Below are positions 12,969 to 24,419 of a stretch of DNA of 64,000 bases, one piece after another. The DNA is from Octopus sinensis. Taxonomy: Eukaryota. Location of the stretch: assembly GCF_006345805.1 (NCBI RefSeq), contig NC_043021.1, positions 27,838,001-27,902,000 of the forward strand, in the 5' to 3' direction. The translations under genes and the position numbers were made by a program. The notes beneath the pieces are model-generated. The model did no database searches and was not told where the DNA came from. It saw only the letters and a program-made list of their open reading frames with translations. How positions within the stretch are numbered: position 1 is the first letter of the stretch; every line of letters begins with the position of its first letter.

Positions 12969-13316
12969 AAACATTTTACCATCAAGTTTCCTGGACCAAT
13001 TGGTTTCTGATTTTAGTTTAGCAAGCAAATAACATTTGCTCACGAGGCGAAATCGTCCTCAACAGGTACACCTTGGGTTAAATATATAAAAAACAACAAG
13101 CTTTTCGGATAATTTTTGATTTTAAAAGTTGGCGCTTTTTTATTGCCGGCGAAGGGATATATAAACGGGTGGCAATATAGTTTGATTGCCTCGTTGTTTA
13201 TATATTTAACCCAAGGTGTACCTGTTGAGGACGATTCGCCTCGTGAGCAAATTTTATTTGCTTGCCTAAACTAAAATCCAAACCAATTGGTCCAGGAAAC
13301 TTGATGGTAAATGTTT
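12969..13316. repeat. Long inverted repeat, arms about 125 bp
   Basis: 12969-13095 is the reverse complement of 13190-13316 with few mismatches. Confidence 0.9.
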
Positions 13317-13950
13317 CACTTCTTCTTCTCTTCTTTCTCGTTCTCTTCTCTCTTCTTCTTCTTCTTCTTCTCTTCTCTTCTTATTCTTCTTCTTCTTCTT
13401 CTTTGCTTCTTCTTTCTTCTCTTCTTCTTATTTTTCTTTTTCTTCTTCTCTCCTTCTTCTTCTTCTTCTTCTTCTTTTCCAATCAGGAGTCACGCCATTA
13501 GCCACAAAGAATAATCTCTAATTGGAGCCTACTCTAAGCTACTAGGAATGCGTGTGGGAACTTGAAGATCCACCCACCACACGCGGTAGACTGGCGGTTG
13601 CACGGGTGCGAAAGCTACGTTGTTATCCTCATTACGTAAACGGTGACTTTTCATGGGGGGAGAGCTGAACCATCCTGGGGTACAGAGGATTCGCAATCAA
13701 GACAAGGGTCTGAAAGTTTTACCACACCTTAGTAGGTTACACCATGGTTCCTCTGCTTTGTGGCACAAGTAGGAAGAAAGAGAGGGAAAGTTGTGGTGAA
13801 AGAGTACAGCCGGGTTCACCACCCACCCCAGCCGGAGCCTCGTGGAGCTTCGGTGTTTTTTCTCAGTATACACTCACAATGCCCGGTCTGGAAATCGAAA
13901 CCGATTCTTACAACCGCGAGTCTGCTGCCCTAACCACTGGGCCATTGACC
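13310..13950 (-). mobile_element. Long family-A-related SINE with (GAA)n tail
   Basis: Minus-strand tRNA head at about 13950, shared body, unique 3' part ending TGGAAAA(GAA)n. Confidence 0.6.
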
Positions 13951-14367
13951 CTCACTGTCGCTGTTGCTGCTGCTGCAGTTGCTGCTGCTGTAGCTGCTGC
14001 TGCTGTATGTGTTTCGTTTCCTTACCACGTCATTTAATGGGGGGAAAGCAATATCATGGTGGCTGTTCCAACAGATTTCACCTTCCTCAAAGATGAGAAG
14101 CCATACTGAAATTTTTATTTTAAAACATATAATTTACAGGTTAAACACTCAAAATTCGCCCAAAATGGCTGATTCTCGCCAGACCAACTCGCCCCGCTTG
14201 CAGAGAGTCCTGTTATCCAGTTAACAATTCAACAAAATTTGGAAATCTAATAAAATAACAAATTTGAAAGAAACCTTATGAACCACGAACAAGCGCCCTC
14301 TTGGTCCAGATACAAATAATTATAATGATGATAATGATGATCATAATAATAACAACAATACTAAAAC

Positions 14368-14409
<42 letters not shown>

Positions 14410-14509
14410 CAACAATACTAAAACTAATAATAATATAATAATGATGATAATAATAATAATAATAATAATAATATAATAATAATAACAACAACAAAAATAA
14501 TAATAATAA

Positions 14510-14578
<69 letters not shown>

Positions 14579-15462
14579 GCATAACTTGAGTATTAATAAA
14601 AAAAACTATTATGCAAATATTTCTGTAGCAGAGGTTTTCTGCTAAAAATATTAAATGTATTTTATGAGATTTCCTCCGTTAATATTTTAATGTATTTTAA
14701 CACACACACACACACACACACGCGCGCGCACACACACATATGCATACATATATATCCGTTATTGACAGAATAAAAGATAAAGTAATAAAAAAAGCCGTAT
14801 TGACTTTGGTAAGGCATTAAAATGATTTCCTAACATCTAGTTTCAAATGTGATATAGGAAGTACAAGAAGACCACTTATATCGACTCATTTATGATATAT
14901 GAAATAATCAATTTGAAAGAGAATAGAGAAAGTAGGTTTTAGAAAATGTTATATAAGTCTGCTGTGTATAATTTGTATCAAACAGACACCACGTATGAAT
15001 GGAAACTATTTGTAATATATCTGCCTATCTATCTATTTTCCCTTCATCCCACCCTATTAACAGTGCTCATGCTTTCGCTTATGTTGAGCATGCATACATG
15101 CACACACACACACACATATATATATACATACGTGCATACATACGTATATATATATATATGTATACAAAATAAGAAAATGGAGAAATACATCTAAATCAAA
15201 TATCAATTACCAGATAATACTCAATCACATACTTTATTATACCACCACATAAGAAACTATAGGGTTAAACATAAAAAGTAGAGCAAAACAGTGTACAAAA
15301 AGGAGTATACATGCATTTACAACCCCTATCTCAATTTGTATATATATATATATATATATTGGTAGAAACGGTAAGATAACAAAAAGAAGAAAGAGACCTC
15401 AATATTATGTAAATAGAGGAAATTTATCTGTAAAGTAATATGTGACAATTATTCAATAGCCA

Positions 15463-15525
15463 AGATAAAACTCTGAGTTTCGGGTGCCGAGGTGGAAATC
15501 CACACCAACATCTCTTCGGTTATCT
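15463..15525 (-). ncRNA. Hammerhead ribozyme motif, type I, core CCGAAGA
   Basis: AGATAA-CCGAAGA-long stem II with GTGG/CCAC-GAA-ACTC-A-GAGT-T-TTATCT. Confidence 0.6.
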
Positions 15526-15531
15526 GACCAT

Positions 15532-15579
<48 letters not shown>

Positions 15580-15589
15580 TATATATATC

Positions 15590-15813
15590 TCTTTTACTCT
15601 TTTACTTGTTTCAGTCATTTGAATGTGGCCATGCTGGAGCACCGCCTTTAGTCGAGCAAATCGACCCCAGGACTTATTCTTTGTAAGCCTAGTACTTACT
15701 CTATCGGTCTCTTTTGCCGAACCGCTAAGTTACGGGGACGTAAACACACCGGCATCGGTTGTCAAACGATGTTGGGGGGACAAACACAGACGCACAAACA
15801 TATACACACGCAT

Positions 15814-15846
<33 letters not shown>

Positions 15847-16015
15847 CATATATACGACGGGATTCTTTCAGTTTCCGTCTACCAAATCCACTCACAAGGC
15901 TTTGGTCGGCCCGAGGCTATAGTAAAAGACACTTACCAAGGTGCCACGCAGTGGGACTGAACCCGGAACCATGTGTTGGTAAGCAAGCTACTTACCATAC
16001 AGCCACTCCTACGCC
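15590..16015 (-). mobile_element. tRNA-derived SINE, family C
   Basis: Head AGGCGTAGGAGTGGCTGTATGGTAAG on the minus strand; tail CTCTTTTACTCTTTTACTTGTTTCAGTC. Confidence 0.85.
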
Positions 16016-16017
16016 TA

Positions 16018-16107
<90 letters not shown>

Positions 16108-16140
16108 AGATATATATATATATAATATATATATAAAAAG

Positions 16141-16177
<37 letters not shown>

Positions 16178-16267
16178 ATATATATAATATATATATATGA
16201 ATGAATGAGAAAAAGAAGAAAATGGGGAAACTGACAAGCAGACATCGGTTTATTTAAAGATATTCAA

Positions 16268-16432
16268 ATCCATATAATGAAATTCCAGTTCTGCAGCCGT
16301 TCCATATCCAATTGGTTCACGTGCAGAAATTTATTTAATTTAATTTAATTTAATTTAATTTAATTTCTGTAATTGAACTAATTGGAGATGGAAACGGCGG
16401 TAGGACTGGTATTTCATTATATGGATTTTAAA
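16268..16432. repeat. Imperfect inverted repeat, PLE-terminus-like
   Basis: AAATCCATATAATGAAAT.. pairs with ..ATTTCATTATATGGATTT; arms about 70 bp. Confidence 0.75.
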
Positions 16433-16959
16433 TATAAGAATTAACACTGAACTTTACAGGCATGGTTCGAAAAAAAAAAACTAAGTGACTAAAGATTGCA
16501 TCTTCTCTCTGCAAAATTGCAAGAATGAATGTCAGTTAACCTGGTATCATGATTTCGAAACTTAGCGAAACTTCAACCAAGTTTACTCATAACAATACCT
16601 ATATTTCAATGCCTGTGTTCGTTTCAAGGCCCCGGGCGCATTGAGACAACGAACTAAGTGAATTACTGTATAAATACATAAATATACAAATATATAAAGA
16701 ATATTATCACTCATGAGAGATAACAATGTTGGTGGCCGCATGCTTGAAAAGGCAAAGTTAATATGTATATATAAGAATTATATATACGAAGGGCTCTAAA
16801 TAGCGTCAGCTTTGCTAAAACTAGAAGGGAAAAATACGCCCAAGATGCTACAATTTTGCAGAGGTAAGACGCTCTCCTTATTCACTTAGTGTCTTTCTAA
16901 CCATACATGTAAAAATTTAGTGTTGATTCTTGTGGCTTCGGAGTATTTTTGACCCCTAA

Positions 16960-17390
16960 TTTTAGCATAGCTGGTGCTTCTTAGTGCCCTTGGTATATAG
17001 ACGGAGTTGCAGTTAAGTTATGATCTTTGTGGATCTTAAAATGTCTTTTGAGGCCTCCGTTACATTTGCAGACCTTGTGGTATACACTGCATTGAAAAGT
17101 GTGCACAGACATATAGGCAGAGGAGTTGGTTTTTCATGGGTCCGCAAATGAGGTTTGAGGTCAGCGAAAGAAAGACATGGTCTGTCACAAACTATGCACA
17201 CAAAAAAGTTCACTGAGATTCACCTTCTCGATCGCAACACTCTTCTTTAAATATCGCTTGAGTCTAGCATGTTTCATTTTGGCTCCTAAAAACCTTTCAC
17301 TCCACTCCACACTTTTGTTCGCCGTCCAGTTCGATCAGAAGCACGGGTTTCTATGGTCTTTGGACGCATTCCAAGTGATTTCATGGTAGT
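16960..17390 (-). mobile_element. RTE-type LINE C-terminal fragment with C2H2 fingers (frameshifted)
   Basis: KSLGMRPKTIETRASDRTGRRTKV; CIVCDRPCLSFADLKPHLRTH; HKVCKCNGGLKRHFKIH. Confidence 0.7.
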
Positions 17391-17537
17391 TCTTATATAT
17401 AAATATATATATAAGAGGGTATTGCAGTTCGCTGGAAGCATTGTGTGTTGTTTGTGAAGTGTAACGTATTTGGAATGACACAACAATGCAGAGTAGACAA
17501 TAATAGCTGTTATACATAATTTAATTATTCCTGGTCA

Positions 17538-17579
17538 AATATAATATTTCGGAAAATAAAAATTCCTTCTTCAGATATT
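17538..17579 (-). ncRNA. Minimal type-I hammerhead ribozyme (intact core)
   Basis: AATAT-CTGAAGA-A-GGAA(tttttatt)TTCC-GAA-ATAT-T-ATATT. Confidence 0.75.
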
Positions 17580-17645
17580 TTTCCAACTGTTACTGAAATT
17601 TCAGTTGGAAGACCAACTATAATAGTGACTCCATTACTTTTTAGC

Positions 17646-17687
17646 AATATCTGAAGATGGAATTTTTATATTCCGAAATATTATATT
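17646..17687 (+). ncRNA. Minimal type-I hammerhead ribozyme (intact core)
   Basis: AATAT-CTGAAGA-T-GGAAT(ttttat)ATTCC-GAA-ATAT-T-ATATT. Confidence 0.8.
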
Positions 17688-17782
17688 TGACCAGGAATAA
17701 TTAAATTATTTATAACAGCTATTATTGTCTACTCTGCATTGCTATGTCATTCCATACACTTTACATTCCATACATATATACT

Positions 17783-18182
17783 CTTTTACTCTTTTACTTG
17801 TTTCAGTCATTTGACTGCGGCCATGCTGGAACACCGCCTTTAATCGAGCAACTCGACCCCGGGACTTATTCTTTTGTAAGCCCAGTGCTTATTCTATCGG
17901 TCTCTTTTGCCGAACCGCTAGTTAACGGGGACATAAACACACCAGCATCGGTTGTCATGCAATGCTAGGGGGACAAAACACGACACACAAACACACACAC
18001 AACATATTATATAACGTGCATATTACGACAGGCTTCTTCAGTTTCCGTCTACCAAATCACTCACAAGGCATTGGTCGACCCGAGGCTATAGCAGAAGACA
18101 CTTGCCAAGATGCCACGCAGTGGAACTGGACCCGAAACCATGTGGTTGGTTAGCAAGCTACTTACACACAGCCACTCCTGCG

Positions 18183-18187
<5 letters not shown>
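17783..18187 (-). mobile_element. Family-C SINE
   Basis: Same head and tail as 15590-16015. Confidence 0.85.
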
Positions 18188-18241
<54 letters not shown>

Positions 18242-18244
<3 letters not shown>

Positions 18245-18557
18245 AGCGCTCCGTCGGTTGCTACGACGAGGTTCCCACCTGATACGATCAACGGAAGAGC
18301 TTTGCTCGTGAAATTACCGTGCAAGTGGCTGAGCACTCCACAGACACGTGTAATTCTCGGGGAGATTCAGCGTGACACAGAGTGTAACAAGGCTGACCCT
18401 TTGAAATACAGGTACAACTCATTTTTGCTAGGTGAGTGGACTGGAGCTACGTGAAATAAAGTGTCTTGCTCAAGGACACAACACGCCGCCGGGAATTGTG
18501 CTCACGACCTTACGATCATGTGTCGAATGCCTCTAACCACTAAGCCACGCGCCTTCA
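18242..18557 (-). mobile_element. tRNA-derived SINE with CORE-like domain, family D
   Basis: Minus head GAAGGCGCGTGGCTTAGTGGTTAG followed by GTGTCCTTGAGCAAGACACTT. Confidence 0.65.
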
Positions 18558-19204
18558 TATATATATAATCAAAATGAGGGTGAAAAATTGGATATTAATT
18601 TGATATCATCAGTTTGACACCAATTGTCTAGCATATTAAAAAACTGAGGTTCAGTAAATACATACATATGAGAGGAATTACCACTATGGGGACCCCCTAA
18701 TGTTCTAGAGAACATTAATTAGTGGTAAGACCATAGCGGATATACTTCTAGCATTAGGGTGTCCACATAGTGGTAATCCTCTCATATGTATAATATAATA
18801 TATATATATATTATATATATATATATATTATAATATATATATATAACGAGTAGACGTATGATGGTACAAGTGGAATTCAGAGTGACAAAACTTAACTCCG
18901 TCGCCGACGAACATTTAGATTAATTATCGTTTTTGCATAAAATCTGTAGAAAACTTTTAGCTGAAATTAATATTGATCTTTTGACTTTGGTGTAAGATTA
19001 AATATATTTTGGTCGGAGCTATAATCGATATTAATGACTCGAGTAAATTACTTGACAAAATAGGTGACAAGAAAATCGGAACAGGTAAAACGTTGCTGCC
19101 AAGAAGTTCTGCAACTATGAGAGTCGCGATTACAACCGAATGTGCGCCATTTTGATGTCTTGCAGTATGATAAAGAGTGTATAAAATCAGTAAATGACTG
19201 AATG

Positions 19205-19600
19205 AGGCGCAGGAGTGGCTGTATGGAAAGTAGCTTGCTTACCAACCACAAGGTTTCGGGTTCATTCCCACTGCGTCGCACCTTGGGCAAGTGTCTTCTA
19301 CTATAGCCTCGGGGCAACCAAAGCCTTGTGATTGGATTTGGTTGACGGAAACTGAAATCCCGTCGTATATATGTATGTGTGTGTATATGTTTGTGTGTCT
19401 GTGTTTGTCCTTCAACATCGCTTGTCAACCGATGGTGGTGTGTTTACGTCCCCGTAATTTAGCAGTTGGGCAAAAGTGACCAATAGAATAAGTACTAGGC
19501 TTCCAAAGTCCTGGGGTCGATTTGCTCGACTAAAGGCGGTGCTCCAGTATGGCCGCAGTCAAATGACTGAAACAAGGAAAAGAGTAAAAGAGGAAAAGAG
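19205..19600 (+). mobile_element. Family-C SINE
   Basis: AGGCGCAGGAGTGGCTGT head, GGTTTCGGGTTCA B box, AATGACTGAAACAAG tail. Confidence 0.85.
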
Positions 19601-19735
19601 AGTGAATGAGTGAGTGAATTAGTGAGTGAGCGACTAGGTGATTGAGTGATGAGTGAGTGAGTGAAAAAATGTCTCCAAAATTATAGCCACCCTAGTAACA
19701 AAGAGCATTAGAAACAGCGATATATTTTCTAAGAT

Positions 19736-20993
19736 TACGAGGGTCGGCTGAAAAGTTCCTAAGATGTCTCTCCTAGTTTCATGGAATGTGATCAGATGAG
19801 GTTTATTTTTGAGCATAGTCCCAGTTGTGATCCATACACTTCTTCCATCCGTGTTGCTCTGCTTGAATCCCTTTGGTGAAGACGCTCTTATCCTGTTGTT
19901 CAAAAAAGCCATCAGCAGCAGATATGGCGTGACTATCACTGCTATACTGGCTCCCAGCCACACAATTTTCATGTTGGGAAACTGATGATAGTGAGATGGG
20001 AACAAACAAGGAGAGTAGAGATGGTGATCAACCAGTTCAAAGTTTAAATCATGCACACCAGCCATTGAAACCAGGGGTTTTTGTGTAGGAGCTTTTTCTT
20101 CATGAAACAAGATAGGTTTTGTTAGTTTTCCTGGGTGTTTGGTTTTGATAGCCTTTCGTAACTGCCTCAGCAAGTTGGCGTTTCAATCCCCATTGGTGTT
20201 ATGGCCCTTTTGACGATTGTTGATAAACACAATTCCTTTTGCATCCCCCAAAACTAAAGCTTTCAATTCCTCTGCAGATGGATCGACCTTTGCCTTCTTT
20301 GTGCACGAATTGTCTCTTAGTCTCTAGCTGAAATTTGTGAAGCCAACACTCATCGTGGGTTAGGAAAGGTTCAAGGAAACCCAACTGGGTCTTCCTGAAA
20401 CAATGTCAGATTTCTCGTGAAGTAATCAGTCGTGTGCGCTTTTGATTAGTTGTCACTGGACGTGGCACCCACCGAACAGAAACTTTCGACATGCAAAGTT
20501 CATTGAACATAATGTTCTCAACTTTCTCACGGGATATGCTAGTAACATTGGATATTTGGTTTATAGTCAACCACTTGTCATTCATCAGTGTGTAGTGAAC
20601 ACAATCAATGTCTTTTCTCGGTGTGGTAGTTACAGGACATCTTCAAAACTTCCTCTTCTCCTCCTAAATTCATCTGCCCAATTTTGCACTGATCATAAAG
20701 CGGGAGCTTTATCCCCTTATGTAGAAACCACGTTAGCATGACTGCCTTCATCAGCTAAACCCTTTTACCACACTTACTTGTTAATACCACGATGCCAAAT
20801 TTTGCTCAGTTTCAAAAGAAGTCGCTACTAGTTACTTCTGAAGTTTTCTTGAAACAGTCGGATGTCAGTTTATCTGAAGAGAAAGAATGCAATTATTTAT
20901 ATGAAGGGTTGAAATTAATGCATGCGAGATTTCTCAACTTTAACATTACTCTTTCATAGTAAACCTGAGAGCTTTTCAGTCGGCCATCTTATA
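19736..20993 (-). mobile_element. Near full-length decayed mariner element
   Basis: TIRs TACGAGGGTCGGCTGAAAAGTTC and GAGCTTTTCAGTCGGCCATCTTA; LRQLRKAIKTKHPGKLTK and DECWLH motifs; frameshifts. Confidence 0.85.
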
Positions 20994-21025
20994 TGCATAA
21001 ATATGTGTGTGTGTGTATGTGTGTA

Positions 21026-21064
<39 letters not shown>

Positions 21065-22637
21065 TGTGTGTGCGCGCGCGCGCGTGTGTGTGTTCAAGAG
21101 TGATTTGTGAATTTTTATGTCAAATCCTTAGTCCCACAGCGGTTGAATCTTTTGCACAGCTGACAGATTTTTCTCGTGACAAGCTCTTCTCGCACCCGTC
21201 CACATGTATCCACCTGTACATTGGCAAACTGATGATCCTTACTACGCCTTATAACCTTTCTACAGTGAAGACACAAACAAATGAAATAAAAACAGCTATA
21301 ATTTATTCACTCTTATATTTATGCATTTGCTGTTAACTCTCCTATCTCGTTTCTATTAACATTTCTGGTGCCTCACTAGATAGCATCCTTGGTTTGCTAG
21401 TGTTAAATGGGTATTTTATTGAAGTATTTTGTCGATTCAAGTTCATCTATTTTCTCCGCCCATTATTCCTGCAAGGGTTGTGAGGGTAGAGTTCTTTGGC
21501 ATCTCCTCCATACGGTTTTATCTGAAGCAACCGTTATTACACTTTCCGCTTGATTTCCAAAGCATGACCCACAAGGACAAATATATATTATCCAAACCTC
21601 GTTCTTGGTCTACCACGAGGTCTCCTGCCGGTTGGCTCAGCTTAAAGAATTAGCGTTACGATTGTTTCCTGAGAAATTCTAATAGCAATTCAATAGTACC
21701 TACACCGTGACCTCTCAGTGCATAGAATTAGTGGATCGACCCGGAGAGTTTCTTCGATCCCCGAACTATACATCCTGTTGAGTAATTTTTGATGAATAAT
21801 ATTTCGGTCGCTTGTGTTCGCGATCGTATCTTTCGATCTGCCATTAACAGTTATGATCATACGTGAACTGAGGCACGTAAACCGAATTGAAGATAGCAAG
21901 TTTGGTTGTTTTATCAATCTCTCCTCTTTCGAAGACTACAGCACCGAGTTACTTAAATTTCTTTATTTACCTCAGCGATTCAACTTCAAATACGGCACAA
22001 ATCACACTGAATGTTTTATCATATATCACCGAACAATCATGCTCAGCTATTTTAAATCAGTTTCATGTAAAAAAAAACCTTCACATTTTGGCCAAAGAAC
22101 CTACTTTCGACAAAGCAATTCTAGTTTAAAAAGTTAATTAAATGTAAATTAATTATTTATATCGATGGTGTTACGTAAAATGAAACTCACACCATGTTGA
22201 GACGAAGTGATATTCAAACATAAAAGAACGTCTGAGTATCAATTAATACACGTGTGCGATCACGTGTGTATATATACAAAGGCTCGTGCATTTGTTCGTA
22301 GAGATTCTATCTACACGAAAAACGTTTACACAATTCTGCATTGGAGGCATTTGGCCGGCATGTAAGGCCTTTCACTGTCTCCCTGTTCCTGTCTCCTCTT
22401 TTTCTCAACTATTAGAAGAAATGAAAAAGGGATTTTGCTTGGTTAATTTTAAATTTCTCCCTACGAAAAACCATTACGCAAGGCAAACCCGTACTTGAGC
22501 TATCGCAACCAGCATATGAGAAGTTTCTCTCTCTTTGTCTCTTTTCTCTGCTGTTAAAAATTAAGAAAGAGAAAAAATGAATTTAGCTTAATTAATTTCA
22601 AGTCTTCCATAACCTGTTTCCGGTAACCAGAACAACA

Positions 22638-22940
22638 AAAAGAAGAGGAAGAAAAAGAAATGAAGAAGAAGAATAAAATGAAGAAGAAGAAGAAGAAGAA
22701 GAAGAAGAAGAAGAAGAAGAAGAAGAAGAAGATGCAGAAGAAATGAAGGAGAAGAAGAAGAAGGAAAAGAAGTAGAAGAAGAAAGAGAAGAAGAAGAAGA
22801 AGAAGGAGAAGAAGAAGAAAAAGAAATGAAGAAATTGAAGAAAAAGAACTTGCATAAGAAGTAGAAATGAAGAAGAAATGAAGAAGAAGAAGAAGAAGAA
22901 GAAGAAGAAGAAGAAGAAGAAGAAGAAGAAGAAGAAGAAG
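22638..22940. repeat. (GAA)n microsatellite
   Basis: Direct observation. Confidence 0.95.
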
Positions 22941-23044
22941 AAACCATAAAAAACTAAGCCTGATTAAATACTGCGCACATTTTTTGGAAATTAATTGTCT
23001 CGGCTCGTTATTGTGATTTGGCAATAACTAAATACTCTGGTGGG

Positions 23045-23046
23045 AC

Positions 23047-23120
<74 letters not shown>

Positions 23121-23135
23121 AACAACAACAACAAC

Positions 23136-23170
<35 letters not shown>

Positions 23171-23271
23171 CAACAACAACAACACACAATTATAATAATA
23201 ATAATAATAATAAAAAAATAATAATAATAAACAACAACACAACAACAACAACAACAATAATAATATAATAA

Positions 23272-23316
<45 letters not shown>

Positions 23317-23357
23317 TAATAATAATAATACAACAACAACAACAACAACAACAAAAC

Positions 23358-23421
<64 letters not shown>

Positions 23422-23570
23422 CAACAACAACAATAATAATAATAATAATAATGATAATAATAATAACAACAACAACAACAACAACAATTATAATAATAAT
23501 AATAATAATATAAAAATAATAATAATATAACAACAACAACAACAACAACAACAACAATAATAAATAATAA

Positions 23571-23601
<31 letters not shown>

Positions 23602-23624
23602 AATAATATAACAACAACAACAAC

Positions 23625-23655
<31 letters not shown>

Positions 23656-23717
23656 TAATAACAACAACAACAACATAATAATAATATAATAATAATAATA
23701 ATAATAACAACAACAAC

Positions 23718-23749
<32 letters not shown>

Positions 23750-23832
23750 CAACACCACAACAACAATATAATAATAATAATAATAATAAAAATAATAATA
23801 ATAATAACAACAACAACAACAACAACAACAAC

Positions 23833-23896
<64 letters not shown>

Positions 23897-23909
23897 TAAT
23901 AATAATAAT

Positions 23910-23942
<33 letters not shown>

Positions 23943-23956
23943 AATAATAATAATAA

Positions 23957-24001
<45 letters not shown>

Positions 24002-24011
24002 CAACAACAAC

Positions 24012-24049
<38 letters not shown>

Positions 24050-24125
24050 CAACAACAACAATTATAATAATAATAATAATAATAAAAATAATAATAATAA
24101 TAACAACAACAACAACAACAACAAC

Positions 24126-24190
<65 letters not shown>

Positions 24191-24224
24191 CAACAACAAC
24201 AATAATAATAATAATAAAAATAAA

Positions 24225-24274
<50 letters not shown>

Positions 24275-24275
24275 T
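23045..24275. repeat. 1.2 kb compound (AAT)n/(AAC)n array
   Basis: Direct observation; accounts for the poly-L/I/Y/V ORFs in the track. Confidence 0.95.
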
Positions 24276-24419
24276 AATGTCACACAGTAGTAGTAACAAA
24301 GGCAGCAGATTAAGTAAATAAGGATTACACTGTCACTATGGCTACAAAGGTTAGAGTTATGGTGTACTAATCACAAAAAATATTAATATTAATAGTGCGG
24401 CATTTTCCAAGGTGACTCA

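Noticed and set aside
22991-24299. 356- and 369-aa ORFs
   Set aside because: The AAT/AAC array lacks stops on the minus strand; not coding.
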